Shown here piece by piece: positions 9,640 through 19,393 of a stretch of DNA of 64,000 bases. The notes beneath the pieces were generated by a model. It had not been told where the DNA came from. It worked only from the letters and a program-made list of their open reading frames with translations, and ran no database searches. Positions within the stretch are counted from its first letter, which is position 1, and each line of letters opens with the position of its first letter. Source of the DNA: an uncultured delta proteobacterium (GTDB lineage: Bacteria; Desulfobacterota; Binatia; UBA9968); the NCBI GenBank assembly GCA_963804165.1, contig CAWDPO010000045.1, forward strand, positions 192,001 to 256,000, given 5' to 3'. The position numbers and the translations under genes were made by a program.

Positions 9640-10920
9640 ATGCAGCTCGCTTTGGCGAATCATCCGATCACGGATTTACAGTTCGGTTCTGCAATGCGCC
9701 TTGATGGAACCGTGTTGATTGTCGACGCTGCTGCGTTGCGCGATCTTGTTCTCGAGGACAATTCCATCGTCAGCGTCGACTTTGATATCGTCCGTCCCGG
9801 CGAAGCCTGCCGTGCCGGACCGATCTTCGATGTGATCGAACCACGCGCGAAAGCCCCTAGCTCCGGCTCTGATTTTCCTGGCATCTTGGGAGCACCAACA
9901 ACGGCTGGCCTGGGCACCACTCACGTCCTCAAAGGCGGCGCAGTATCCGTCTTAGCCGAAATTTCTCCCGACCTGACGCGCAGCGCTACCGGCCGGGTGT
10001 TGGAGATGAGCGGCGCGCCCGCAGAGGCCAGCGACTACGCTGCGCTCACGCATCTATTGGTGATTCCGCACACCAAGGTCGGCATGGCGCGCCAAGCAAT
10101 CGAAAAAGTTTATCGCGTAGCCGGCATTAAAGTCGCTGTCGCGCTCGCGCGGATTGCGCTGAATAATCCTCCCGCAACTGTGCAAACTTTTGAGCCCGTG
10201 AGCCCAGTGGATAAGACGCGAGAAGGTCAGCCGCGCGTCGCCTATGTCGGGCAAATTTTTTCGCGCCAGCGCAAACCGGCGGTGGACGAACCGATTCTCT
10301 ACGGCGCCAACACTGACGGCATGCTGCCGGTCATGCTCCATCCCGATGAGTGGCTCGACGGTGCCGTCGTGCCATCGCTTCATTCCTGGTTCGGCGGCAC
10401 GGAGACTTATTTCTATCAAAACCATCCGATCATTCTCGATCTCTACCGTCGCCATCACGCGCGCGAAATCAATTTAGTCGGCACGGTCGCGACCATCGCC
10501 GGCTCGGACAACTTCGACCGCGAGCGCCATTGCCGCGCCGCCGCCAATCTCGTCAAATGGAACTTGCAAGCCGACGGCGCGGTGCTGTCGAAATACGGCG
10601 GCGGTTTGCCCCACGCCGATCTCGCCGAAACCGCGCGTCTGCTCGAAAACATGGGGATACGAACAGCCGTTATGGTATCCGACGTCTCGCGAGACCGGCG
10701 CGTAGAGTCCGCGCTGCTGTTCAACGTTCCGGAAGTCGACGCCATCGTATACAACGGCGGCAACGGCACGCAATGGCAGGTACCACGGCTCGATCGGATC
10801 ATCGCCGCAACGGCGGAATTCACTGAATTGCTCGCCGGTCCGATGACGATCGACGCCGCCAACATCGTCGGCGTAACCAATCAGCAAGGTGCATCGAGAA
10901 TGAGGTCGATGGTTTATTGA
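9640..10920 (+). CDS. Glycine/sarcosine/betaine reductase component B proprotein (GrdE/GrdI-like)
   Basis: PGE..R..PIFDVIEPRAK; G.THVLKG.AV; PDEWLDGAVV; TY.YQNHPII..LY.RH; DAIV..GGN. Confidence 0.85.
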   Translation: MQLALANHPITDLQFGSAMRLDGTVLIVDAAALRDLVLEDNSIVSVDFDIVRPGEACRAGPIFDVIEPRAKAPSSGSDFPGILGAPTTAGLGTTHVLKGGAVSVLAEISPDLTRSATGRVLEMSGAPAEASDYAALTHLLVIPHTKVGMARQAIEKVYRVAGIKVAVALARIALNNPPATVQTFEPVSPVDKTREGQPRVAYVGQIFSRQRKPAVDEPILYGANTDGMLPVMLHPDEWLDGAVVPSLHSWFGGTETYFYQNHPIILDLYRRHHAREINLVGTVATIAGSDNFDRERHCRAAANLVKWNLQADGAVLSKYGGGLPHADLAETARLLENMGIRTAVMVSDVSRDRRVESALLFNVPEVDAIVYNGGNGTQWQVPRLDRIIAATAEFTELLAGPMTIDAANIVGVTNQQGASRMRSMVY

Positions 10921-10997
10921 GAAGGCGAAAGGCATGAGGCGTGAGTAAGGATTCCGACTCTCGCCTCTCGCCTCATGCCTACTCTGAGGAGTTCAAG

Positions 10998-12281
10998 ATG
11001 CAAGTCGCACACTATCTAAACCAGTTCTTCGGTGGTATCGGCGCCGAGGAACACGCCGGTAGACCTCTAGAAATTCGCGACGGCGCAGTCGGACCGGGAA
11101 AGTTGTTGGAGTCTTCCCTCGGCGACGACGCGCGCATCATACTGACTTTTGTTTGCGGCGATAATTACGCGGTCGAGCATGAAGCGGAGTTGACCGCTGC
11201 GATATTGGAAAAGCTACGCGAAACACGCGTAGACCTGTTTGTCGCCGGCCCATGTTTCGACGCCGGCCGCTACGGCATGGCGGCCGGCGCACTCTGCCGA
11301 GCAGTTCAAACTGAATTAGGCATTGTAGCCGTCACAGCTATGAGCGAAGAAAATCCCGGCGTCGATCTTTATCGCGACGCGCTCTATATCATCGACTCCG
11401 GAACAAACGTCACCAAACTGCGAGACGTTGTCGACAAGATGGCCACACTCGGTAAAAAACTCATCGCCCACGAACCCATCGGCCTACCCGCCAAGGAAGG
11501 ATATTTGCGCCGGGGATGGCTGCGCGATCAGCTCGTGGAGAAGAGGGCCGCGGTCCGATTGGTGGACATGCTCGTTGCAAAGATGAAAGGAGAGCGCTTT
11601 GAGTCGGAAATGCCGCCGACTGCTTTTGCACCAGTGCCGATCCCTGCGGCGGTGAAAGATTTATCGAAAGCGAAAGTCATGTTGATCACCGACGGCGGGT
11701 TAGTTCCGAAAGGCAATCCGGATAAAATCGAGGGAACCGCCGCGACTCGTTGGGGTTCCTATAACATTGAAGGCCGCGACGATCTGCGCGCGGAAGACTA
11801 CGAAGTTTCCCACGGCGGCTACGACACAAGGTTCGTTCAGGAAGACCCTGATCGCCTCGTCCCTCTCGATGCGATGCGCGAGATGGAAAAGAACGGCGTC
11901 ATCGGCAAATTGCACGATGAATTCATTTCCACTTGCGGCCGTTCCAACCCGCTCTCGAACACGCGCCGCCTCGGTCGCGAGATAGCGGAAAAGGCCAAAC
12001 GAGACGGCGTCGATGCGATCATTCTCACCTCGACGTGAGGAACCAGCACTCGCAGCGGCGCTGCGATCACAACTGAACTGGAGAAGGCCGGCATCCCGGT
12101 GGTGCAGATTACCGCCGCGAAGCCGATCGCGAAGATGGTGGGCTCCAATCGCGTCGTCCTCGGCACCGGGATCGTACATGTCACCGGCGACGCGAAACTG
12201 CCGCCCGCGGAGGAAAAAGAGTTGCGGAGAAAACTGGTGCAAAAGGCACTGGACGCGCTGCAATCGAATGAAAAGCAGTAA
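10998..12281 (+). CDS. grdB: Glycine/betaine/sarcosine reductase selenoprotein B family, Sec at in-frame TGA 12036-12038 (U347)
   Basis: HYLNQFFGGIG, CGDNY, AGRYG, TDGGLVPKGNPD, HGGYD, DPDRLVPLD; LTST-TGA-GTSTRSG continues in frame into the track ORF 12099-12281. Confidence 0.9.
12050..12066 (+). promoter_or_regulatory. Bacterial SECIS hairpin of grdB
   Basis: Perfect 7-bp stem TCGCAGC-GGC-GCTGCGA after an 11-nt spacer from the TGA. Confidence 0.8.
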
Positions 12282-12304
12282 TTCCGGTCGCATCCATCAG
12301 TGCG

Positions 12305-12913
12305 CTAATGAGCTCCATCTTGTTTCAGCTCTGTTGCTGCAGGATTCTCGCGATCAAACTCCCACCGCGCAGGATTATCGAGAACATATTGCCGGATCTG
12401 ATTCAATGAATCAGGGTTACGAATAATATGTTCGTAATAGCTACGTTGCCACAGTTGGCTCCGAAATGATGGCCAACCGAACTCTTTCACCCCGCGAATA
12501 TATTCGTTTGTCGTCATCGTTTTAAACCATTGCACGATTGTCGGTAGGGGCGCACCTGTGTGTGCGCCCGTCGGGTGATTCAGAGGGCCGACATATAGGT
12601 CAGCCCCTACGGAGGCATCTGCAATTAAGATTATTCCGTGGAAATGATTTGGCATGACGACGAATTCGTCGGTCATGACCGCGGCGAATTTGTTTTTCAA
12701 TTCAAACCACCAAAATTTGACTGCTTCACCGGCACCACTCAACTGCATTGCGCCATTGATAATCTCGCCAAACAGACAACATCGACCCTGCGTTACGATG
12801 GTCACAAAATATGCACCGGGCGCTGCGTAGTCGTAAGCTTTCAACCTTAGGGACCGACGACGGCGCTGTAACCGTCCATCCTTCATAAAACTCTCTCGAA
12901 CCCTGGGACTCAC
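12305..12913 (-). mobile_element. REP-associated tyrosine transposase (RAYT, Y1 HUH)
   Basis: RRSLRLKAYDY..PGAYFVTI; VVMPNHFHGI (HUH); WQRSYYEHIIR; YVLDNP. Confidence 0.9.
12544..12610. repeat. REP doublet inside the RAYT coding sequence
   Basis: GTAGGGGCGCACCTGTGTGTGCGCCC...GGGCCGACATATAGGTCAGCCCCTAC. Confidence 0.85.
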
Positions 12914-13419
12914 AAAAACACGCTGATATTCTTCGCCGTCAAAACCGACTGATCCAAGATAATCGTCCGCTTGGCGATCTTGAAACCATTGTCCACGCGA
13001 CGCAAAACATCTTGACGCTCTCCGACGAACATATCCTGATCAGTCTCCAAGCGCGTGCGATAGACGATGAAGTTCAAATGAACCTCGATTTCGTTGCCGT
13101 CATCTTTCTTGATTCGAACGTTGGAAATCATATGCCGCGTGCGCGATGGCGGCAGTTCGGCCCACGCGTTTCGCGCGTAAACTCGCTCGACCCTGATCTT
13201 AAGGCTCTTCTTGTCGTCGTCGAAGTAGTAAGCTTCGCCGGGCTTCGACAGCTCCTCGCCGATATTTTCAGGCCGTTCGAGCGTGTTATGCCGGATCGGC
13301 ATCCAGTAACGGACATCGTCGGCAAGCAGGTCCAACCAGTCCCGCAGTTTTCGATCGTCTAACAGCTCGGCTTCGAGATAATAGAAATCTTCTATCCGAT
13401 GGCGTAGATGGCTATCCAT
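12910..13419 (-). CDS. Aromatic ring-hydroxylating dioxygenase beta subunit
   Basis: EAELLDD....WL; YWMP; PPSRTRH..SNV; G.RQDVLRR; IAKR.IILDQ. Confidence 0.92.
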   Translation of the reverse strand: MDSHLRHRIEDFYYLEAELLDDRKLRDWLDLLADDVRYWMPIRHNTLERPENIGEELSKPGEAYYFDDDKKSLKIRVERVYARNAWAELPPSRTRHMISNVRIKKDDGNEIEVHLNFIVYRTRLETDQDMFVGERQDVLRRVDNGFKIAKRTIILDQSVLTAKNISVFL

Positions 13420-14695
13420 TTTGCGCGCTCAGGATTTCGCTCCAGTTTTTCGCCTGAAGCATTTTGGCCCAGTGCATGTACATGCTCAGTTGATTGTTAT
13501 CGCTAAAACGGTTTCTCACCCGCCCGCGTAGGTCGAGCTCTACTGGCGGTTCGTTGCCCGTCATCTGATAGTTGGCGGGATAACGCCGGCCTATCAAGCT
13601 CCTCGCCGCGCTGGTCACTTGAGCCCAATTGTCCATGTCATCCTGCTCGAACACGCCGGTGGGGCTGAAGCGGTATTGCGACACGAAGCGCATCCGTTCC
13701 TTAATCTCCGCGGACGCCGCTTTGTCGACGATCGCCCAGCTCCAGATTTCCATCTTGTCCGGCCCGCGCGGCTGCCAGACACGAATCGAGCGCGTGAGCC
13801 AGTGGACGGACAAATTGGGGAACACCGTACCCGCAGATGGCGTGATTTGCCGAGTGCGAATGCTTCCCAGTCGACGTTCGATCTCCGCAGCGTGTTGCTT
13901 CATGTAATCGATGATCTCGTCGTCGGGCTGCGCATACCACGGACCGCCATCCGGCGGCGAAATCCAGGCGTTCAATATATGGCCGTAGTCGCACGCGATT
14001 TGACAGCCCTTATTCCACTGGCGTGTTTGGCTCATCGTCGTATCGACGCCGAGCTCGCGCGCCGAACCATGCGTGGGAGTGATGTGATAGCCGTCGCCGC
14101 CGAAGTTCTCCGCCGCGGTTTTCCAGTTGGCGTCAAGCAGCCACCGGTGCGGCCCGCTCACTTCCGTGCCGCCCTCGCGACGGTCAAGAAGAATGTCGAG
14201 ATACCACGCCATGTCGCCCAAGTATTGGCGCAGGGTTGGCGCTTCGGCATCGAACGTCGCGAAAATCAATCCCTTATAACCGTCGATCTGCGCAACGGGA
14301 ATCAAACCCCACTTCTCGCGCTCGAGTCCCTTGAACGCGTCGACCATCGGCACGAGCGCGAGTTTACCGTCGCTCGTGTACGACCAGCCGTGGTAGGAGC
14401 AGGTAAAAAGCTTCGTATTGCCGCGGTCGGCGCGGCAAACCCGATTGCCGCGATGGCGGCATAAATTTAAGTGCGCGCGCAGTTTACCGTTCTGATCACG
14501 AGATAAAATAACCGGCTCCTCGCCCATATAACGAGTCACGAAGTCGCCGGGATGTGGAATCTCACACTCGTGGCCGAGATAGAGCCAGCAGCGCGCAAAC
14601 AAACGCTCGCGCTCCAGCTCATAAATTTCGCGGTCGGCGAAGATGCGCCGGTCGACGAGGCCGCCTTCGGGATCGATTAGAGCCTTTATATCCAT
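13412..14695 (-). CDS. Rieske aromatic ring-hydroxylating dioxygenase alpha subunit (biphenyl/phenylpropionate-like)
   Basis: Rieske CRH...CSYH; NWK.AAENF.GDGYH...H; EQDDMDNW. Confidence 0.92.
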   Translation of the reverse strand: MDIKALIDPEGGLVDRRIFADREIYELERERLFARCWLYLGHECEIPHPGDFVTRYMGEEPVILSRDQNGKLRAHLNLCRHRGNRVCRADRGNTKLFTCSYHGWSYTSDGKLALVPMVDAFKGLEREKWGLIPVAQIDGYKGLIFATFDAEAPTLRQYLGDMAWYLDILLDRREGGTEVSGPHRWLLDANWKTAAENFGGDGYHITPTHGSARELGVDTTMSQTRQWNKGCQIACDYGHILNAWISPPDGGPWYAQPDDEIIDYMKQHAAEIERRLGSIRTRQITPSAGTVFPNLSVHWLTRSIRVWQPRGPDKMEIWSWAIVDKAASAEIKERMRFVSQYRFSPTGVFEQDDMDNWAQVTSAARSLIGRRYPANYQMTGNEPPVELDLRGRVRNRFSDNNQLSMYMHWAKMLQAKNWSEILSAQNG

Positions 14696-14919
14696 TTCAC
14701 TCCTCTTTCGAGTCGTACAGCTTCTACTCGCTGATTATAGCTCGCGCCGCAAGCTGTCAAGTAAGCCGTGGAGATCCTTAAACGGTGTCTTGAGACCGGC
14801 TCGAATCGGGTGTAAAAACTGATGTCTCTGGACGCACATGGAGTCTTGGGACAGGGATCTCGCGAACGCGTCGTTTGAGATCAACTTAAGCAAGATAAAT
14901 TATCGGAGGAACTCTGAGC

Positions 14920-15414
14920 ATGACTGCTGAGGCGGAATACGCAGCGGTGCCGATCAATATTGCCGTGAACGGGATCAAGTACGATGCCGTCGTCGAACCA
15001 CGGACACTTTTGGTTTATTTTTTACGCGAGCAATTGAATTTGACGGGCACCCATGTCGGCTGCGATACCAGCCAGTGCGGCGCCTGTACCGTACATTTGA
15101 ACGGTCGCGCCGTAAAGTCTTGCACTGTTCTCGCCGTGCAAGCCAACGGCGCCGAAGTAAAGACCGTCGAAGGTCTCGCTGATGGCGACAATTTTCATCC
15201 CGTGCAGGAAGGATTTCGCGAAAAGCACGGCCTGCAATGCGGTTACTGCACGCCGGGGATGATTATGACTGCGGTGCATCTGTTGGAAACCAATCCAAAC
15301 CCGAGCGATGACGAGATCAAACACGCTCTGGAAGGCAATCTCTGCCGCTGCACCGGTTACGTCAACATCGTCGAATCTATTAAATGGGCGGCCGAAAAGA
15401 TGAGGAAGGGATAA
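14920..15414 (+). CDS. CoxS/CutS-like 2x[2Fe-2S] subunit
   Basis: [12 protein letters not shown]; QCGYCTPG; GNLCRCTGY. Confidence 0.92.
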   Translation: MTAEAEYAAVPINIAVNGIKYDAVVEPRTLLVYFLREQLNLTGTHVGCDTSQCGACTVHLNGRAVKSCTVLAVQANGAEVKTVEGLADGDNFHPVQEGFREKHGLQCGYCTPGMIMTAVHLLETNPNPSDDEIKHALEGNLCRCTGYVNIVESIKWAAEKMRKG

Positions 15415-15502
15415 GCGATGGCAAGAATATTAGAGCTTAGAAATCTTCCGAACTCACGCCTCAAGCCGCGCGCGTCACGCTTACTTGGAAAAGGAGACAA
15501 AA

Positions 15503-16372
15503 ATGTTCCCCTCTAGTTTCGGCTACGTCGCGGCCCGCTCCGTCGAAGAAGCGCTCGAATTAGTGGTGAAGTACGGCGAAGACGGAAAGATTCTTGCCGG
15601 CGGACATAGTTTGATTCCGGCGATGAAGTTACGACTTCAGTCGCCGCAAATGTTAATCGATCTCGGCACCGTGCCGGGATTGCACGGCGTGCGCGTGGAT
15701 CGGGACCTTCTCGCCATCGGCGCGCTCACCGTCCACGCCGACGTCGCTTCGTCGGATCTCGTGCGCAAGCACGTGCCGGGATTGGCCGAAGCCGCTGCGG
15801 TCATCGGCGATGTGCAAGTGCGCAACCGCGGCACCATCGGCGGCAGCGTCGCTCACGCCGATCCGGCAGCCGATTTGCCGGTCATCCTGACAGCGCTCAA
15901 TGCCTCGTTCACAGTGCAATCGTTGTCCGGCAGCCGTTCCATCGCCGTCGATGACTTCTTCACTGACTTCTACACCACGGCCATGAATACCGATGAAATC
16001 CTCACGGAGATTCACGTGCCGATTCCAGCGACGGGAACCGGGAGTGCGTACGCAAAATTGCCGCATCCCGCTTCCGGTTACGTCGTCGTGAGTGCCGGCG
16101 CGTTGATCACGCGTCAAGCCTCCGGCACCTGCGCGGCGGTGCGCGTCGCCGTCGGTGGACTCGGTAGCGGCCCGATCCGCGCTATTGCTACCGAAATAGA
16201 GTTGCAGGGCAAACCACTTACGCCGCAGATCATCGCTTCCTCCGCAGCCAAAGCGGCGGAAGAAACCGACCCTATGGAAGATTCCTACGCCGGTGCAGAA
16301 TACAAGTGTCACGTGGCGACCGTATACGCGCGCAGGGCCATCGAAGCGGCGGTGGAAAGAGCAAAAAGCTAA
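15503..16372 (+). CDS. CoxM/CutM-like FAD subunit
   Basis: AGGHSLIP.MKLR; QVRNRGTIGGS.AHADPAAD. Confidence 0.92.
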   Translation: MFPSSFGYVAARSVEEALELVVKYGEDGKILAGGHSLIPAMKLRLQSPQMLIDLGTVPGLHGVRVDRDLLAIGALTVHADVASSDLVRKHVPGLAEAAAVIGDVQVRNRGTIGGSVAHADPAADLPVILTALNASFTVQSLSGSRSIAVDDFFTDFYTTAMNTDEILTEIHVPIPATGTGSAYAKLPHPASGYVVVSAGALITRQASGTCAAVRVAVGGLGSGPIRAIATEIELQGKPLTPQIIASSAAKAAEETDPMEDSYAGAEYKCHVATVYARRAIEAAVERAKS

Positions 16373-16484
16373 AACCGTGCTCGTGATCGAGACGCGTGTT
16401 CGGAGAACGAACCAAGAAGTCGGCTGTTGATTCCGCTACACGAGCACGAGCCACGAACACGATTACGTTTCTAAGAGGTAAACG

Positions 16485-18800
16485 ATGACAACCGAACACG
16501 AACCAAATGGGCTTATCGGCGCATCGCTCAAACGTATCGAAGATCCGCCGCTGATCACCGGCAAAGGCTGCTACGTCGACGATATCAATTTGCCCGGCCT
16601 GCTGCATTTAGCGTTTCAGCGCAGCCCCTATCCACACGCCAAAATCCTTTCTACCGATATCGGCAAAGCCAAAGCGATGCCCGGCGTCGAGGCAGTAATA
16701 ACGGGCAATGACATCAGCGAAAAGCTAAATCTGTCGTCGTCGCAGGTGCTGCCGAACATGAAGATCCCGCCGCATCCGGTGCTGGCGCGCGGCGCGGTGC
16801 ACTGTGTCGGCGTTCCGGTCGCTGCGGTGGTAGCAAAGTCGCGGGCACAGGCCGAGGATGCAGCCAACGCCATCGACGTGGAATATGAAGCGCTGCCCGG
16901 AGTATCGAATGCGGAGGCGGCGCTTGAGCCGGGTGCGCCGCTCGCGCGCGAAGAAATCGACAGCAACATCTGTTACACGCGGGTCAAGAACGGCGGCGAC
17001 GTCGATAAGGCGTTCGCCATGGCGGATCATATTTTCACGATGCACATCGCCAGCCCGCGGCAAGTCGCGTTGGCGATGGAACCACGCGGTGTCGTCGCCA
17101 GTCCGGACCCGTTTGGTAAGAATCTGACCGTATGGCTTTCCACCCAGGGGCCGCACCGCGCGCGTGCCGAGATCGCCAATGTGCTGAGTTTTCCCGAGCA
17201 TAAAATTCATCTGATTGCCCCCGACGTCGGCGGCGGGTTCGGCAGCAAGGGACCGGTTTACCGGGAAGATATCGTGGCCTGCCATCTCGCGCTCAAATTG
17301 CGCAAGCCGATCAAGTGGGTCGCCACCCGCAGCGAAGATTTTATCACCACGATTCAAGGCCGCGATCAGGCGATGACCTCGGAGATGGCGCTTAGCAAAG
17401 ACGGCAAGATTCTCGGCTTGAAAGTCAAAGTCATCGCCAACCTCGGCGCTTACCTCCATTCGAGCACGGCCGGACCGCCGCAGCGCATGCTCGGCATGGC
17501 CTGCGGCAGTTACCAGATCAAAGACTGCCGTGTGGAAATCGCCGCGGTCTTCACCAACACGTGTCCCACCGGTCCCTATCGCGGCGCCGGGCGGCCGGAA
17601 TCGGTGTTGAACATCGAGCGGCTGCTCGATAAAGCCGCCGGGGTTCTGGGCATGGACCGCCTGGAAATACGCCGGAAAAATTTCATTCAACCCGAGCAAT
17701 TTCCCTACACCACCGGCACCGGCGTCGAGTATGATTCCGGCGATTATGAAAAGCCGCTGCGCGAAGCGCTCAAGCTGTCCAACTACGACGATCTGCTGCG
17801 CCAACGCGACGAACGGCGAAAACACGGCGAGTTGGTGGGGGTCGGCTTTTCGACGTTCGTCGAGCCGAGCGGCGGCGCCGGCTTTGAAAGCGGCACGGTG
17901 CGCGTCGAGCGCACCGGCGAGATCACCGTGCTCACCGGCTCGAGCTCCCACGGCCAAGGGCATGAAACTTCGTGGGCGCAAATCGCCGCCGAGTTGATGA
18001 AGACGTCGATGGACCATGTGACTGTCCTCCACGGCGATACCCACGTGAGCCAGCAAGGCACCGGCACTTTCGGCAGCCGCAGCGCGGTTGTCGGCGGCGG
18101 CGCTCTCGCGACGGCGGCGCAGCGGGTGGTTGAAAAGGGCAAGCGCATTGCCGCCCACCTGGTAGAAGCCGCGCCGGAAGATATGATCCAAAGCGATGGC
18201 GGTTTCGCCGTCAAGGGCGTCCCCGACAAAAGGATCAGTTGGCGCCAGGTCGCAGCCGCTGCCTACAGCGGTAGAGTTCCGAAAGGCATGGAGATCGGCC
18301 TTCAGGAGACAGCTTTTTTCGATCCCAAGCGCGAAGCCTGGGGATTTGGCACACACGTCGCTCTCGGCAGCGTCGACCGCGACACCGGGCAGTTCACAAT
18401 CGAAAGACTCGTGCTTGTCGATGACTGCGGTGTCGTGATTAATCCGATGATCGTCGACGGCCAGATTCACGGCGGGGTCGCTCAGGGACTTGGTGAAGCG
18501 ATGCGCGAGCAAATGCTCTACGGTGACGACGGCCAGGTGCAAACCGGCACTTTTATGAATTACGCGATTATGCGCGCCGCCGACATGCCGCCGATGATTC
18601 TGGGCGAGACAATCACACCCAATCCGTTCAATCCGTTGGGCGTCAAGGGCGTCGGCGAATGCGGCACCAACGGCGCTCCACCTTCGGTGGCAAATGCGCT
18701 GATGGATGCACTCGCGCCGCTCGGCATCGAGCATGTCGATATGCCGTATACCGCGCCCAAATTATGGGCACTGATTCGCAATTCCGAGAGAAAGAATTAG
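16485..18800 (+). CDS. CoxL-like molybdopterin large subunit (xanthine dehydrogenase family, not form I CODH)
   Basis: DVGGGFGSK; active-site loop PYRGAGRPE; HGQGHET; GQIHGG.AQG.G; KGVGE. Confidence 0.9.
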   Translation: MTTEHEPNGLIGASLKRIEDPPLITGKGCYVDDINLPGLLHLAFQRSPYPHAKILSTDIGKAKAMPGVEAVITGNDISEKLNLSSSQVLPNMKIPPHPVLARGAVHCVGVPVAAVVAKSRAQAEDAANAIDVEYEALPGVSNAEAALEPGAPLAREEIDSNICYTRVKNGGDVDKAFAMADHIFTMHIASPRQVALAMEPRGVVASPDPFGKNLTVWLSTQGPHRARAEIANVLSFPEHKIHLIAPDVGGGFGSKGPVYREDIVACHLALKLRKPIKWVATRSEDFITTIQGRDQAMTSEMALSKDGKILGLKVKVIANLGAYLHSSTAGPPQRMLGMACGSYQIKDCRVEIAAVFTNTCPTGPYRGAGRPESVLNIERLLDKAAGVLGMDRLEIRRKNFIQPEQFPYTTGTGVEYDSGDYEKPLREALKLSNYDDLLRQRDERRKHGELVGVGFSTFVEPSGGAGFESGTVRVERTGEITVLTGSSSHGQGHETSWAQIAAELMKTSMDHVTVLHGDTHVSQQGTGTFGSRSAVVGGGALATAAQRVVEKGKRIAAHLVEAAPEDMIQSDGGFAVKGVPDKRISWRQVAAAAYSGRVPKGMEIGLQETAFFDPKREAWGFGTHVALGSVDRDTGQFTIERLVLVDDCGVVINPMIVDGQIHGGVAQGLGEAMREQMLYGDDGQVQTGTFMNYAIMRAADMPPMILGETITPNPFNPLGVKGVGECGTNGAPPSVANALMDALAPLGIEHVDMPYTAPKLWALIRNSERKN

Positions 18801-18844
18801 ACTACGGGCTAAGCAAACGGTACAGACGGTAAATAACACCAGAC

Positions 18845-18886
18845 GAACAAAAAAGGACTGCGGTAAACCGCAGTCCTTTTTTGTTC
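18845..18886. terminator. Bidirectional intrinsic terminator
   Basis: Perfect 20-bp inverted repeat GAACAAAAAAGGACTGCGGT-AA-ACCGCAGTCCTTTTTTGTTC between convergent genes. Confidence 0.9.
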
Positions 18887-18891
18887 ACTCT

Positions 18892-19144
18892 CTAAAAGTA
18901 ATAATGCCGCGCTGAACCGTCATATCGACCGCTCAGCATACAGCATTTCTTGAAACCTTCTTCCTGAGTTGCATGGGCAGAGATCGTCACTGCCTAGTTT
19001 TCCCATCAGTTCCTTGTCGCCATAAACTGCGCGGTGACCGCGTTTAACGCGGGTCTCCGACGGAAATCCGGTGGCGCCGGCGCCGCTTGCTGGTACGCTC
19101 AAAAGCCGCTTTGGCCTTCGTAATGTTTCGTATTTTTCATACAA
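18892..19144 (-). CDS. Small SEC-C motif zinc-binding protein, split across reading frames
   Basis: [11 protein letters not shown]...[16 protein letters not shown] in one frame; KKCC...YYF-stop in the +1 frame after AGG TTT C. Confidence 0.7.
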
Positions 19145-19377
19145 CTAACCCTCCTTTCAATTGCGCCGAGCGGCTAAACACAAGCACACCGCCAATGTTA
19201 GACGCAAGAAAAAGCAAATCTCGGCAATTCGCCAGCCTATGGTCGATCGCGCCGATCCCCTTGGGGATCGGCCGGGAGCTTTCCTAAAACTTATTTCGCA
19301 CCTTGCCGCTTCTTTTGAACTAAATCCGCAGCGCAAGTTTCCCGTCAGTTTTGCGTTCGTCTGCTATCAAACAAGAG

Positions 19378-19393
19378 TGGCACCGCCGTTGCT
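19378..19393 (+). promoter_or_regulatory. Sigma54 -24/-12 promoter
   Basis: TGGCAC-CGCCG-TTGCT matches consensus TGGCAC-N5-TTGCW. Confidence 0.65.

Noticed and set aside
14815-14890. Moco riboswitch upstream of the Mo enzyme
   Set aside because: Two weak hairpins only; conserved Moco RNA motif elements not recognised.
16725-18734. Long antisense ORFs (also 1961-3481, 26975-28597, 20405-21313, 61823-62845)
   Set aside because: Shadows of well-supported genes on the opposite strand, expected from high-GC codon bias; no motifs.
16485-18800. Aerobic CO dehydrogenase (form I)
   Set aside because: Active-site loop is PYRGAGR, not AYxCSFR; order is S-M-L with no accessory cox genes.
19325-19365. 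c-di-GMP-I riboswitch-like ACGCAAAAC on the minus strand
   Set aside because: The GGCAAAC/GAAA-tetraloop stem is absent and the orientation is away from the GGDEF-EAL gene.
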